Positions 46,869 to 56,241 of a stretch of 57,729 bases of DNA are shown piece by piece (the stretch's first letter is position 1; every line of letters starts with the position of its first letter). The DNA is from a virus (lineage: Duplodnaviria; Caudoviricetes), in the IMG/VR virus record IMGVR_UViG_3300036853_000468, positions 1 through 57,729 of that record; one strand, 5' to 3'. A program made the position numbers and the translations under genes. The notes below the pieces were generated by a model. The model searched no databases and was not told the DNA's origin. It worked only from the letters and a program-made list of their open reading frames with translations.

Positions 46869-47474
46869 ATGAAGCGTCAAACATTTACCAGTATTGCCGA
46901 GGTACGCGCCTATGCGCAGGCACGTTTCCCACCTGATACGCCATTTAGCCGCATGAGTGCCAGCGAAAAGAGCTATGCAAACGTCTGCAATATGACGCTC
47001 GCTGACCCTTCACTCGCCGCATTGAAACAGTCCCTCCAGGCGAGCGGGAAAAATGTTCAATCTGCCACACGAGAGAAGATCTACACGTTCTTTGCAGATC
47101 GCATCGTAGAGAGCAAGGAAGATCCAAAGACCGTGCTCGCAGCCGTCCAGCAAGAGTTGGTGCACATCCTTGAACAGTTGCAATCGATGCAGCCACTTGC
47201 ACCGGCTGACACTCCGATGGATGATAGTGAGCATGAGCAGTGGACGCGTGCACATACCGAGATCGGGTTGTTAGTAGATCAGGCTCGTAATTTTGCGCTC
47301 TGGTTAGTGCCCGAACAGGTGACGACGATGCTCAGGCGCATTGATGAGCAGTGTACTGCATTATATTCAGGGGATGCAGAGTTGAGTGAAGAAGAGAATA
47401 GACTTTATAGCGCGGCTAAAGCAGAGGACAATGTGCAGGAATCTCGGCTTTGCCCACGTGCTGAAGACATTTGA
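46869..47474 (+). CDS. Hypothetical protein
   Basis: ORF in the early operon. Confidence 0.65.
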   Translation: MKRQTFTSIAEVRAYAQARFPPDTPFSRMSASEKSYANVCNMTLADPSLAALKQSLQASGKNVQSATREKIYTFFADRIVESKEDPKTVLAAVQQELVHILEQLQSMQPLAPADTPMDDSEHEQWTRAHTEIGLLVDQARNFALWLVPEQVTTMLRRIDEQCTALYSGDAELSEEENRLYSAAKAEDNVQESRLCPRAEDI

Positions 47475-47530
47475 GAATTGTTTAGTGGGGGGCTACGGCC
47501 TCCCTGTCAAATAGATTGGAGGAGAGTATT

Positions 47531-48196
47531 ATGCCAGACTATCAATTTAACCCGAACGAACACCTCATACAAATTAAGTCTAGAGAGGGCAATAAGGACT
47601 ATCTGCCTGCTCAATGGCGCGTGGTCTGGTTTAGAGCAGCATTTTCACATGGCTCGATTGAGACAGAGATGCTCCACTTAGATCTGGATCGTGACACGGA
47701 AGAAGAAACCTCTGTCTGGAATGCCGAACAGCGTCGGAACGAGAAGATTCTCAAACAGGCAAAAGGTTTCGTGATTTTCAGGGCGATAGTGAAAGATGGT
47801 CAGGGTGGTGTCGGAACAGGCACAAAGTCTGAAAAGGCGGCCTCCTTCCCCGATTTTATCGAGAAAGCTGAAACAGGTGCTATCGGTCGAGCGCTAGCAG
47901 CCCTGGGCTATGGCACTCAATTTACGGGCGATGAGTGGGATGAAGCTCATCGTATCGTTGATAGCCCTGTAGACCAAGCAGCACAACAGGAGGAAATTGC
48001 TCAGATCAAGAAGAATTGGGTCGCGACCTACAATGTTATCGATGCACAAATAAAGGAACGATGGCCTGCTTTTGTCGCATGGGTTTTAGGCAAGACGGTT
48101 GCTGACCCAGACTTGAAATCGTATCAGATCAAGAAGCTCAAGGAGAGGATTGAAGAGCAAAAACGCGTCAAGGACAAGCCTTCAAAATCAGCATAG
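47531..48196 (+). CDS. Rad52/Sak-like single-strand annealing protein
   Basis: KDYL....RV.WFR.....G.I.TE; TG...E......IEKAET.AIGRALAALG.G. Confidence 0.7.
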   Translation: MPDYQFNPNEHLIQIKSREGNKDYLPAQWRVVWFRAAFSHGSIETEMLHLDLDRDTEEETSVWNAEQRRNEKILKQAKGFVIFRAIVKDGQGGVGTGTKSEKAASFPDFIEKAETGAIGRALAALGYGTQFTGDEWDEAHRIVDSPVDQAAQQEEIAQIKKNWVATYNVIDAQIKERWPAFVAWVLGKTVADPDLKSYQIKKLKERIEEQKRVKDKPSKSA

Positions 48197-48252
48197 TACC
48201 AGCGTTGCGTCTGACCAGGGCAGTCAGACGCTTCTCTATTGGAGGAGAAAAT

Positions 48253-48594
48253 ATGTTAGAAGACAAGCCAGAGAACAAAGAGCAAGGAGAGGAGCAAATC
48301 CCCTCGTTGAAATTGGAAGGTCCACAGGCCGCTGTACTTCGTGAGATTTTGGGGAAGGTGATAACGCCGTCTGAAGCGAGCGACCTCGCCTCGATCACGG
48401 TGCTAGAAGCAACCGAATACGCGGATGGCACCACCTTTTGCAAGTTTCACAAGTTTGGGCATGTATCTATATCGGATAGCACGTTATCCGATGAAACAAT
48501 GGATCGCTTTATGGCTGCGTGGATAGCGTGGAGGGTCAAACACTATAAGCCACCCGTAAAGGATGATGGTGGACTTGACGATCACCCGTTCTAA
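48253..48594 (+). CDS. Hypothetical protein with SSB-like acidic C-terminal tail
   Basis: GGAGG RBS; ends DDGGLDDHPF; follows the annealase. Confidence 0.6.
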   Translation: MLEDKPENKEQGEEQIPSLKLEGPQAAVLREILGKVITPSEASDLASITVLEATEYADGTTFCKFHKFGHVSISDSTLSDETMDRFMAAWIAWRVKHYKPPVKDDGGLDDHPF

Positions 48595-48649
48595 ATGTCG
48601 TTTTGCCGTGCCTATCATCAGGTACGGCGTTTTGATTGGAGGCGCGAGG

Positions 48650-48988
48650 ATGGAACGACAAGACCTTTTTGCAGATATACCAGTACCACTGCGGCTATCG
48701 AAAGTCGCGATCCCGTCCGATGCCAGGCAAGAGATCATTGACTACTTCGTGGCACTGGAAGCACAAATACCAGACAACTCCACTGATTGGTGTCGCGTGC
48801 ACAATATCATATCCTCTCTTTTGCATGAAGATGATCCCATTGAGGATATATATACAACAGCCAGGCAGCAACAGTTGCATTTCCAGAAAGATATCCATGA
48901 GCTGTATAAGGCAGCTCTGGAAATGCTTTATGCGGTCAGGCATCGGTTAGAGGCTGAATATATGAAGAAAGATGATTCCAATGAGTAA
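48650..48988 (+). CDS. Hypothetical protein
   Basis: GGAGG RBS before MERQD. Confidence 0.6.
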   Translation: MERQDLFADIPVPLRLSKVAIPSDARQEIIDYFVALEAQIPDNSTDWCRVHNIISSLLHEDDPIEDIYTTARQQQLHFQKDIHELYKAALEMLYAVRHRLEAEYMKKDDSNE

Positions 48989-49637
48989 AATTGCTGGCTA
49001 TATCTTAGAGCAGCACATCGATCAGGGGGACGCATGGTTAAATGCGGTCGATCCGAAGTCAGTGGGGCCAACTCCAGCACATCGACAATGCGCCTGGAAT
49101 GATGAGCGACTCCACAATTTAGGAGAGGTGGAAATTATTGAATACATCACTTTAGAAAATGCAGAGAAGTATATCTGTGATTATTGCAATGAGAAACTCT
49201 CGGAACCTGCATACTTCTCGTTTGAGGAAAAGTACAAGTGGCTCCATCAGCGCATTGGCTGGATACAGGTCATCTCTCACGAGGTAATGTTTGGCCCTGA
49301 TCACTACAGAGATGTTATCGACTCAGCAGATATTGTCTGCCTGGACTGCGAAGCGCAATGTCCAGACTACTATGAAACTCTAACACGCGAAGAGAGCAAG
49401 AATAACTATACCTGTAGTGCGTGCAACAAGCCAATGATTCTACAAGGGAAGGAATCTCTGAAAGAGGCTGAAAACGGGGCCTGTAGTCTGATTCAACTTT
49501 TCCATTTTGAGGAGTTTGGTCCTGGCTACTTCGTGGCAGTGAAGAAGTATCGCAGAAAGTACAATGCCATATACGAGCTTTATGAGTTGAAAGATGCGGA
49601 AGCTCTCTATGAGGCTTTGCTCAAGGTTTCGGCATAG
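48981..49637 (+). CDS. Zinc-ribbon repeat hypothetical protein
   Basis: HRQC...YICDYC and CLDC...YTCSAC. Confidence 0.65.
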   Translation: MSKIAGYILEQHIDQGDAWLNAVDPKSVGPTPAHRQCAWNDERLHNLGEVEIIEYITLENAEKYICDYCNEKLSEPAYFSFEEKYKWLHQRIGWIQVISHEVMFGPDHYRDVIDSADIVCLDCEAQCPDYYETLTREESKNNYTCSACNKPMILQGKESLKEAENGACSLIQLFHFEEFGPGYFVAVKKYRRKYNAIYELYELKDAEALYEALLKVSA

Positions 49638-49650
49638 CCCCAAACGCGCA

Positions 49651-49680
49651 GGCCCTACCAGTGTAAGGTAGGGCTTTTTC
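49651..49680 (+). terminator. Intrinsic terminator
   Basis: GCCCTACC...GGTAGGGC-TTTTT. Confidence 0.8.
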
Positions 49681-49701
49681 TATTAGCTGAACCATTGGAT
49701 G

Positions 49702-49992
49702 CTACACAAGATTCATTGGCTCTAAGAGGCTGCTGATAATCTGTGCTCTGGTGACACGCCACAGATCTCTTTCGCTGACTATAATACAGCACCCGTTTCG
49801 CCAATAGACACTGTCGAACTGCTCGCTATGGGTCGGACTTTCCGACCTGATCAAGAAATAGCGCGTACCACGAGGGTAGGAGTAATGCAGTGACTGTGTT
49901 ACATCGAGGATATGGGTGATGACGCGATCTGTACCCTGGGTGTACAGGATGGCAGCGCAAGCCTGTTTGAAAGTGTTTGTCTCTTCGATCAT
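49702..49992 (-). CDS. Hypothetical protein
   Basis: ORF at the operon end. Confidence 0.55.
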   Translation of the reverse strand: MIEETNTFKQACAAILYTQGTDRVITHILDVTQSLHYSYPRGTRYFLIRSESPTHSEQFDSVYWRNGCCIIVSERDLWRVTRAQIISSLLEPMNLV

Positions 49993-49993
49993 A

Positions 49994-51532
49994 TTATCCT
50001 ACTCTTTCAGGATGCAATTCAGTGAGCTGCGCGATATAATCAGCCTGCTCTCTAATGAATTGCTCTTGCTCAGCAACCTGCTCTTCCAATTCCTTGATCC
50101 TTTTTCGGAGCATCGTTTTGATGTCTAGCTGGACCAACTTGCTTCCATGGGGCCGGATTTGCGCTACCCGTGGCAACTGCTCTGCTGCCATGATGATCGC
50201 ATGCCCGACCTGGAGATCGCTAATCATCCGGTCCACTTCCGTGCCAGGCAACGGAATAAAGCTCTTATAGATGGCCCTATCGACGGGATGTATTACCTTG
50301 TGCAGAAACAGCACATTACATTGTGAGAGTGCATCCTTACTCACTTTTGCACTCCGCTGGCTGACGAGCATAAGTCCCAGGCCGCGTTTACGCCCACGTA
50401 AGGCGATGCGAATAAGTAAGGTTTTGAGTGGCGTTCTGGTACCTTCCGGTACCCATTCATGCGCTTCTTCCAGTACAATTTGGTACGGGCTTTTCCGTTT
50501 GGTGGTCAAGTTCCAGACGCAGGTAAAGTAGTTCAAGAGGATTTCGTGTGCCTCCTGCTCTGTATACTCTGAGAGATCGAGCAACACATTGCTACCCTGC
50601 TCAACGGAGTCTTTTGCCAGCTCCGCTGCCGTTTCAGCAGTAAGCAGGATATCTGCATTGGATCGACCAGCAACAAGCATGGTAAAACGCTCTTTTAAGC
50701 CTCTGTACTCACCTTCGATGTCGACAATGGTTACAGGAGTCTGGTTGGAAAGCAACTCTTCAACCAGGACCAATGCGGTATTCGTTTTCCCTGAGCGTGT
50801 TATACCCAACACCGCAATATTCTTCCCTGCAAGGCTATCAATATCAATGGTAAGTGCTCTTTCAACATCGATATACATATCATCTCCTCTTTGAGGTCTC
50901 GACTCTTGCGATAATAACGTGCCAGGCCCACCTGATAACAAGCTCACCATCCAGAGCCAGTCCATACGACGCGGGTCGATTTCCAACGGATGGGCAAGGA
51001 CAAAATCTCGTATCTGCCCATCGGTAAACAGCCAGTAATCGTTTTTCTCTTTCTCCGTTTCCCGTCGTCTTCCAACAATCCACCCATCTCTAAGCCATCG
51101 TTCAACTTTGTGATGGTCACATCCGAGCGCCAGGCAGAGGCCACGCATCGTATAGCCCTCTGCTGTTTTGTTGACGCCTAACCTCTTTGCCTTGAGTTTG
51201 ACGGCGATCTGTGTTCGTCCGAGCGTCTTGGCTATAGTGGCAATGGAAGCACGTCCCAAATTTGCCTCAAGATATTCTTCTTCTGCCCTGGTCCAGAATG
51301 GCTCTTTTTGGCGAGCCAGACCAAGCTGGCAGCCCCATTTTTTGACGACATACCGTGGGACATGAAGACGAGCTGCCAACTCATCGATGACCGGCTTTGT
51401 GCCATCGTACTTTGCCAGAATTAAGGCCCGTCCTGGCTCATCGAGGAAATACTTTTGTCGGATGCCTCCGGTGTGTGCCCCAACGCGCCTGGCTCCAACC
51501 TGTTCAAGTGGCATAAGGGGTTGAACCATCAT
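49994..51532 (-). CDS. HTH/Myb-like repeats fused to a HerA/DUF87-like ATPase
   Basis: WTRAEEEYL..; Walker A GITRSGKT; DIEGEY; Walker B LEEAH; RGRKRG...SQR; internal GAGGAG RBS before Met at 50878. Confidence 0.85.
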   Translation of the reverse strand: MMVQPLMPLEQVGARRVGAHTGGIRQKYFLDEPGRALILAKYDGTKPVIDELAARLHVPRYVVKKWGCQLGLARQKEPFWTRAEEEYLEANLGRASIATIAKTLGRTQIAVKLKAKRLGVNKTAEGYTMRGLCLALGCDHHKVERWLRDGWIVGRRRETEKEKNDYWLFTDGQIRDFVLAHPLEIDPRRMDWLWMVSLLSGGPGTLLSQESRPQRGDDMYIDVERALTIDIDSLAGKNIAVLGITRSGKTNTALVLVEELLSNQTPVTIVDIEGEYRGLKERFTMLVAGRSNADILLTAETAAELAKDSVEQGSNVLLDLSEYTEQEAHEILLNYFTCVWNLTTKRKSPYQIVLEEAHEWVPEGTRTPLKTLLIRIALRGRKRGLGLMLVSQRSAKVSKDALSQCNVLFLHKVIHPVDRAIYKSFIPLPGTEVDRMISDLQVGHAIIMAAEQLPRVAQIRPHGSKLVQLDIKTMLRKRIKELEEQVAEQEQFIREQADYIAQLTELHPERVG

Positions 51533-51806
51533 TCCCTCCTACTTCAAAATGCAGGCCAGCGAATGTTACTCCGCCAGGGCAAAATGCCAGAATTGCCAGA
51601 CACTTACAAAGCACACCTATGCTCTTCCCAGATGTGTTTTTCACATAATACAAAACTGCATCCCCTCCTGATGCCAGAACATCCACCTGCGCTCTTGCCC
51701 ATGTGATATCAGCGTCAGAGATATCCCCCTGGGTACGTTTAATGTCGTGAATTCTAAGCGGCACCATCGCCTCGACAAAGAGTAGAAGTAATTCATCATT
51801 GGACAT
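51504..51806 (-). CDS. Hypothetical protein, paralog of the 11905-12417 N-terminal domain
   Basis: LASGGDAVLY...LAILAFCPGGVTFAGLHFE. Confidence 0.7.
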   Translation of the reverse strand: MSNDELLLLFVEAMVPLRIHDIKRTQGDISDADITWARAQVDVLASGGDAVLYYVKNTSGKSIGVLCKCLAILAFCPGGVTFAGLHFEVGGNDGSTPYAT

Positions 51807-51827
51807 CCATCTGGTTCCTCCGGCTGT

Positions 51828-52031
51828 TCAACCCGTCGATGTTTTTCTTGGTGCATAAGGATGGTGCTTCCCGATATATGCGGTCCTGACTCTCCCATCT
51901 TGCCACCATTCCGCATAGCAATATGGTCCGTGTCTTTCTCCGCTGCGACATTTATGACAAAACGCTTTTCCGCACGTTCGATATTGCCATCGATATGAAA
52001 CGTGACAATCCGTTGGAATTTCTTTACTCAT
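51828..52031 (-). CDS. DUF6788-like zinc-binding protein
   Basis: YRTCGK..C.KC..G..HGPY.Y.......RT.YIGK. Confidence 0.7.
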   Translation of the reverse strand: MSKEIPTDCHVSYRWQYRTCGKAFCHKCRSGERHGPYCYAEWWQDGRVRTAYIGKHHPYAPRKTSTG

Positions 52032-52419
52032 GAGCGTTCCCTTCCAACTCGTGTAGCCAGATCCGCATCCTTGCCAGTATCGTATCCTCTCCAAATTGAG
52101 AACAAGCCTGTTCCAGCCCTCTTTGTGCTTCGTCAAGCCGCTTTTGATAGGCAAGCTCAAAGATACGCATCTTACGCACTGATAACGAATCAGCAGGCAG
52201 GCACTCTAACGGCTCGCTGTTATCGAGCAGATAGGCCGCATTGATGGCCCACGACCCATAGCCAAACGTCCAATGTTTGACGATAAGCGACAAACTACAT
52301 ACAATGCGACATGTCTCCTTATCGTGAAATGATCGCCTGCCTAGCGTGAACGGATCATGATATTTGCTCAGTACACTCCTGAGCGTCCTACTCTCTGCCC
52401 ACTGTGGAATAGTGATCAA
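52024..52419 (-). CDS. Hypothetical protein
   Basis: Coupled ORF. Confidence 0.55.
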   Translation of the reverse strand: MITIPQWAESRTLRSVLSKYHDPFTLGRRSFHDKETCRIVCSLSLIVKHWTFGYGSWAINAAYLLDNSEPLECLPADSLSVRKMRIFELAYQKRLDEAQRGLEQACSQFGEDTILARMRIWLHELEGNAHE

Positions 52420-52424
52420 TTCTT

Positions 52425-52790
52425 TTACCTCTCAGAACTACCATAGTAGGAACCAATTGGATACCGATCATATTCCTCCTTGGACACATACAACGCGTTG
52501 GTCATACATTCTGATGAACGTACATTATGTGTACAATTGGATATGTCGATCTCATACGTCTCTGGATGATGAATGATGACCGGGGGAGAGAAGGAAGTCG
52601 TGCAGGTCCTTATCCTCCTCCCTGTACAGGTGGTGGTTGAATGCCCTGGGATGATCGAGGTAGAAGCGGGATGGATGTGATGATCATAGATATAGCCATG
52701 CGTCAGCGCAGGGTCACAGGAACCCAGCCAGATACACGCGATCACCATAACGACCACGAAACACCCACGAGCCACTCTGCTCATTTGCAC
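52425..52790 (-). CDS. Membrane-anchored/secreted hypothetical protein
   Basis: N-terminal TM; Cys/Thr-rich; VS.EEYD...G..Y tail. Confidence 0.65.
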   Translation of the reverse strand: MQMSRVARGCFVVVMVIACIWLGSCDPALTHGYIYDHHIHPASTSIIPGHSTTTCTGRRIRTCTTSFSPPVIIHHPETYEIDISNCTHNVRSSECMTNALYVSKEEYDRYPIGSYYGSSER

Positions 52791-52999
52791 TCCTCCAGAC
52801 CAAAGCCCAACTCTTCAGGAGTCATGCTAAAGAGTGCACAGAGCTTGTTCAGATTTGCGGGCCTTGGCTTTGTATCGCCACTCTCCCATCGGTAGATCGT
52901 TTGCTCGTCCTCTATCCCAAGCATCTCTGCGATATAGCCCACGCGCCAATTACGTCGTTGGCGTTCAGCTCTGAATTTGGTGTTCATATGAGCCTCCAT
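52781..52999 (-). CDS. Stand-alone XRE HTH protein, paralog of the gene 1 HTH
   Basis: ERQRRNW...TIYRWESG..KP...LCALFSMTPEELGFG. Confidence 0.85.
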   Translation of the reverse strand: MEAHMNTKFRAERQRRNWRVGYIAEMLGIEDEQTIYRWESGDTKPRPANLNKLCALFSMTPEELGFGLEECK

Positions 53000-53196
53000 A
53001 TGCGTGCCTGTAGCGTCTGGACGAAGCTCATACGGGCATCCATCACGCGTTGATGCGTGGCTTCGTTGCGCTCGTATAACTCTGCGTAGAGCATCGCACG
53101 AAGCAGATTCGTTACAGGATTCAGGTCAACTGCGGTTGCATCCAGCAAGTCCTTCATCTGCTGCTGAACAGTGGAGTATTGCTCTTCTTCAGTCAT
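52984..53196 (-). CDS. Hypothetical protein (start MTEEEQ)
   Basis: GAGGA RBS. Confidence 0.55.
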   Translation of the reverse strand: MTEEEQYSTVQQQMKDLLDATAVDLNPVTNLLRAMLYAELYERNEATHQRVMDARMSFVQTLQARIWRLI

Positions 53197-53587
53197 GATA
53201 GGAGTCCTCTGCATTCGGGATAATCGTACGGGCCTTGCCCTGGTAGAGTCGATGGCCGCAAGGCCTGGCATAGACACACCGTCCAACTTGACGCTCTTCT
53301 TCAATCTTCGTATGGCAATGTGGACAGAGGCCACGAGCAAGACTGCTCAGAAGAGCCTCCGCAACACGTGTATTGATGCGTGCAGCTTCCTCTGCCGCCT
53401 CCTGCACCGTCGGGAAGATGACATGAGGGCAGGCCATCATGCAATCGTCATCTTTCAGGCATGGGAATTTCCCATCTTGCACCACATCCTTATAGGCAAT
53501 GCCAGCCTTGCATGCTTCGTGGTCGACGCCATTAAAATGCTGACACCACCCCCCAAGTTGCTCCTCAAGCGTTTTCATCATGTGCAC
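53189..53587 (-). CDS. Cys-rich zinc-binding hypothetical protein
   Basis: CQHFNG...C.AG; CPHC...PCGHRL. Confidence 0.6.
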   Translation of the reverse strand: MHMMKTLEEQLGGWCQHFNGVDHEACKAGIAYKDVVQDGKFPCLKDDDCMMACPHVIFPTVQEAAEEAARINTRVAEALLSSLARGLCPHCHTKIEEERQVGRCVYARPCGHRLYQGKARTIIPNAEDSYHD

Positions 53588-53874
53588 TCATCAAATTCAA
53601 CCTTAGGTATCTCGATCTGAACAACCCGCTCAGGTCGGCATGGCCCGTCTTCTGCATGCTCTCCGCACTCATGGCAGACAGTGAAGCCACCTATCAGGGG
53701 ATAGCTCCCATCCTTATAGCGAAAGGTGAAATCTGGCATCATTGCGTTATCAATGAGACCTGCAATCAGGACTTTATCCCCACAACAGTCGCAAAAGTCA
53801 GCGTCTTCTTCGTTGAGCACGCGCTTATATTCAGCCTGTGTTATTGTTCGTGGCATATATCCCTCTCTATTCAT
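53578..53874 (-). CDS. Zinc-binding hypothetical protein
   Basis: CDCC...CHEC.EH...C. Confidence 0.55.
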   Translation of the reverse strand: MNREGYMPRTITQAEYKRVLNEEDADFCDCCGDKVLIAGLIDNAMMPDFTFRYKDGSYPLIGGFTVCHECGEHAEDGPCRPERVVQIEIPKVEFDECT

Positions 53875-54421
53875 AATCGCTATAGTCTATGAAGCCCGCG
53901 TCCGCTTTCATGGCAGCCTCAGTCTGTTTGTGGTCTTCTGCAATAAGCACGCCCGATGTGCTCAATGCTTGCTCTCGTATGGCTTGCTCGTGTGCCTGTA
54001 AGAAGTTGAGGAGTTGAACAGTGTAGAATGTATTGTACTCTATCTCTTCGTCACCCCATCGCAAGCGGAGCATTTGACCGGAGGTCGGAGGTCTGTACCA
54101 GGAATGTGTATCCCCTGCTGGTACAATAGCGCCTTTTTGTAGCAGTCTGAAGGCGAGTGTGCTGTGTATGCTTGTATCAGCCCACAAAGCAAACGGCGGG
54201 TGCCCTATGGCTTTGATATAGCACTCCATACACACCTCTTCGGGACGGCTCCACTCCTGGGGGTACTCGTCGGCTGGATTGGGCTGAAACGTGAGCTGCT
54301 TGCCGGTCTCAAACAAGCACGCCCCGTAACTGCAAAAGGGTTTGCCACATTCGTCACAGGCATAGTTCGTTCCCTCGCAGCATGCGAGACAGGCTTGCTT
54401 AAACGTGAATTTGTATCCCAC
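53867..54421 (-). CDS. Zinc-binding hypothetical protein
   Basis: CLAC, CDECGKPFC, CMEC. Confidence 0.6.
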   Translation of the reverse strand: MGYKFTFKQACLACCEGTNYACDECGKPFCSYGACLFETGKQLTFQPNPADEYPQEWSRPEEVCMECYIKAIGHPPFALWADTSIHSTLAFRLLQKGAIVPAGDTHSWYRPPTSGQMLRLRWGDEEIEYNTFYTVQLLNFLQAHEQAIREQALSTSGVLIAEDHKQTEAAMKADAGFIDYSDYE

Positions 54422-54436
54422 TGATTTCTCCTCTGA

Positions 54437-54838
54437 CTACACACTCAATACGCCGTTAACAACTTCCTCAAAGTGCGGTAATACCCCATTGGGCGCATCT
54501 AAGCAACACCACAAATGCAGGACATTATGTACATTGATATAGCGATCCTCTGTCGGAAAGACCTGATAGCATTCGCGATCCCCGATGAAGAGTTTGCGTG
54601 CTACAGCAAGGTCTTCCCATGTCGGCATCCTGTCGTTGGGCTTTGCGACAGAAACGTGGAGCCAACGCCTGCCATCAGCCTTGATGCTCACGTCTTCCAT
54701 CACGGTAATCCGCTGTCCTGCGAGCCGCTCCCAGATATGCCCCGTGCGGACCGTTGGCTGATGATGATCATAGATCCCTTCACCAATGTGCCAATCTTGC
54801 GGAGCTGGCAATCCTGACCACGTTTTTGTGGTATCCAT
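54437..54838 (-). CDS. DUF7694-like phage protein
   Basis: WLHVSV....R.PTWED.......F........QVFP....YINVH..LHLW. Confidence 0.7.
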   Translation of the reverse strand: MDTTKTWSGLPAPQDWHIGEGIYDHHQPTVRTGHIWERLAGQRITVMEDVSIKADGRRWLHVSVAKPNDRMPTWEDLAVARKLFIGDRECYQVFPTEDRYINVHNVLHLWCCLDAPNGVLPHFEEVVNGVLSV

Positions 54839-54839
54839 G

Positions 54840-55082
54840 TCAGGCCACCTCCACAGAACCAAACAGCTTGTCCAGCGTTTCCCGTTTGATGCGGTAGACG
54901 TGACGCTTGCCACTATGGGGGAGGTAGACCGCTTCCATTGCTCCGCTTTTAATCCAGCGTCTGACTGTTGTATCGTCAACGCGTAAACGCTGTGCGACTT
55001 CATGAACGGTTAAGAGGTCGCTGCCTGCTTCCTGGCGACTTGCTGATCTCCGCTCTTTTGTCGTTCTTTCTGTGATGACCAT
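54840..55082 (-). CDS. Excisionase-family HTH_17 protein
   Basis: LLTVHEVAQRLRVDDTTVRRWIKSG...YRI. Confidence 0.85.
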   Translation of the reverse strand: MVITERTTKERRSASRQEAGSDLLTVHEVAQRLRVDDTTVRRWIKSGAMEAVYLPHSGKRHVYRIKRETLDKLFGSVEVA

Positions 55083-55084
55083 GT

Positions 55085-55276
55085 TTATGCTCCTTCTTTT
55101 AGTACAGCGATGGCTTTTTGTATTTTTGTCATGATGCCCATCAGTATGCGAAGCAACGCAATGGATTCATCAGATGGTTTCGCATGCATTGTGTATCCCG
55201 CCATTGCAAGTACAAGAGCATTCACCTCATCTGATGTAAGCTCTATGGTGATGTTTTTGTCATCAATACCGGACAT
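55085..55276 (-). CDS. Hypothetical protein
   Basis: AAGGAGG RBS. Confidence 0.6.
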   Translation of the reverse strand: MSGIDDKNITIELTSDEVNALVLAMAGYTMHAKPSDESIALLRILMGIMTKIQKAIAVLKEGA

Positions 55277-55293
55277 AGCGTCCTCCTTTTTGA

Positions 55294-55403
55294 CTCGTGA
55301 ACGCTCGTGATAGCTCGTGATAGTGACTAGATTTTGTCAGCAACTTTGTCAGCTTAGCTCGTGATAGCTCGTGAAAATGGTGCTATCTCGTGAACGCTCG
55401 TGA
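55294..55403 (+). repeat. Seven CTCGTGA repeats at a 10-bp period (possible Xis/RDF sites)
   Basis: At 55294, 55304, 55314, 55358, 55368, 55387 and 55397. Confidence 0.8.
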
Positions 55404-55555
55404 AAGTGCTCAACTGGCTTCCGAGGCTGGTTTGTGCTTGATTCGCTGGCGACCGGTGAATTATACAAGAATACACAAGTCTTTTTCGCAATCCCTGTAC
55501 TGGCCTGTCTTCGCATGATGCAATAGCGGCGTCTGTCAGCTTATCTGTCAGCTTA
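55332..55555. other. attP-like region bounded by paired arm-type TGTCAGC repeats
   Basis: 12-bp-period pairs at 55332-55356 and 55532-55555; another copy at 56232-56244; core not identified. Confidence 0.55.
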
Positions 55556-56207
55556 GCCTCCGTGACTCAATATTTCCAATGAGCTGCAATCCTATCCACT
55601 CCGTGTAAGCCGGAGGGATCGCATTGGCAATTTCCTCCACTGTTTTCATCCAATCAATACCAAGCGCCTCACGTTGTGCTCGATCCTTTTGCCCAAAACT
55701 CCCTGCAATTGACCAGTACTCGCCATCTCCTGGTATCTTACTGGTTTTTGCTGCACGAAGTACGTGCTTAGGATGGGCAGGTACGATCAGAGGAACATTG
55801 CTCTCAAAGAGCCTATGGCGATAGGTTCTCAATCCGAACATTTCACCACAGAGCATGATCGGACAGTGCATGTGCCGCTTGGCTCCCACTACATTCTCGA
55901 TCACATAGGGCAAGCCCGACGCCTGAAACCGTTTGTATATAACGTCAATGAGCTGCTCGTACTTTTCCGCTGTGCCTGGCCGACACGCAGACATTATAGA
56001 GTAACCCTGACACGGAGGACTGGCCACCACCACATCAAAGCCATCTAGCGGATAGGTCAACGCGTTAGCCTGATGAAATTCAAACGGGTAGTGCGGTTGC
56101 GGCTCGATATCGACACCAACTACCTCAAAGCCTGCACGCGCATAGCCCACCGAGCACCCGCCCGCCTTACAGCAGAGGTCCAGTAAACGAGGTTTTTTAT
56201 GTTCCAT
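55548..56207 (-). CDS. DNA cytosine-5 methyltransferase (short form)
   Basis: LLDLCCKAGG (motif I), ASPPCQ (IV), IENV (VI), R.R.F (VIII), IANAIPP (X). Confidence 0.9.
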   Translation of the reverse strand: MEHKKPRLLDLCCKAGGCSVGYARAGFEVVGVDIEPQPHYPFEFHQANALTYPLDGFDVVVASPPCQGYSIMSACRPGTAEKYEQLIDVIYKRFQASGLPYVIENVVGAKRHMHCPIMLCGEMFGLRTYRHRLFESNVPLIVPAHPKHVLRAAKTSKIPGDGEYWSIAGSFGQKDRAQREALGIDWMKTVEEIANAIPPAYTEWIGLQLIGNIESRRLS

Positions 56208-56241
56208 CTTCTCTCCTCAGCGGATAGATCGCTTTGTCAGC

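Noticed and set aside
55294-55403. CTCGTGA repeats as a CRISPR array
   Set aside because: 7-bp units at a 10-bp period with no unique spacers and no cas genes
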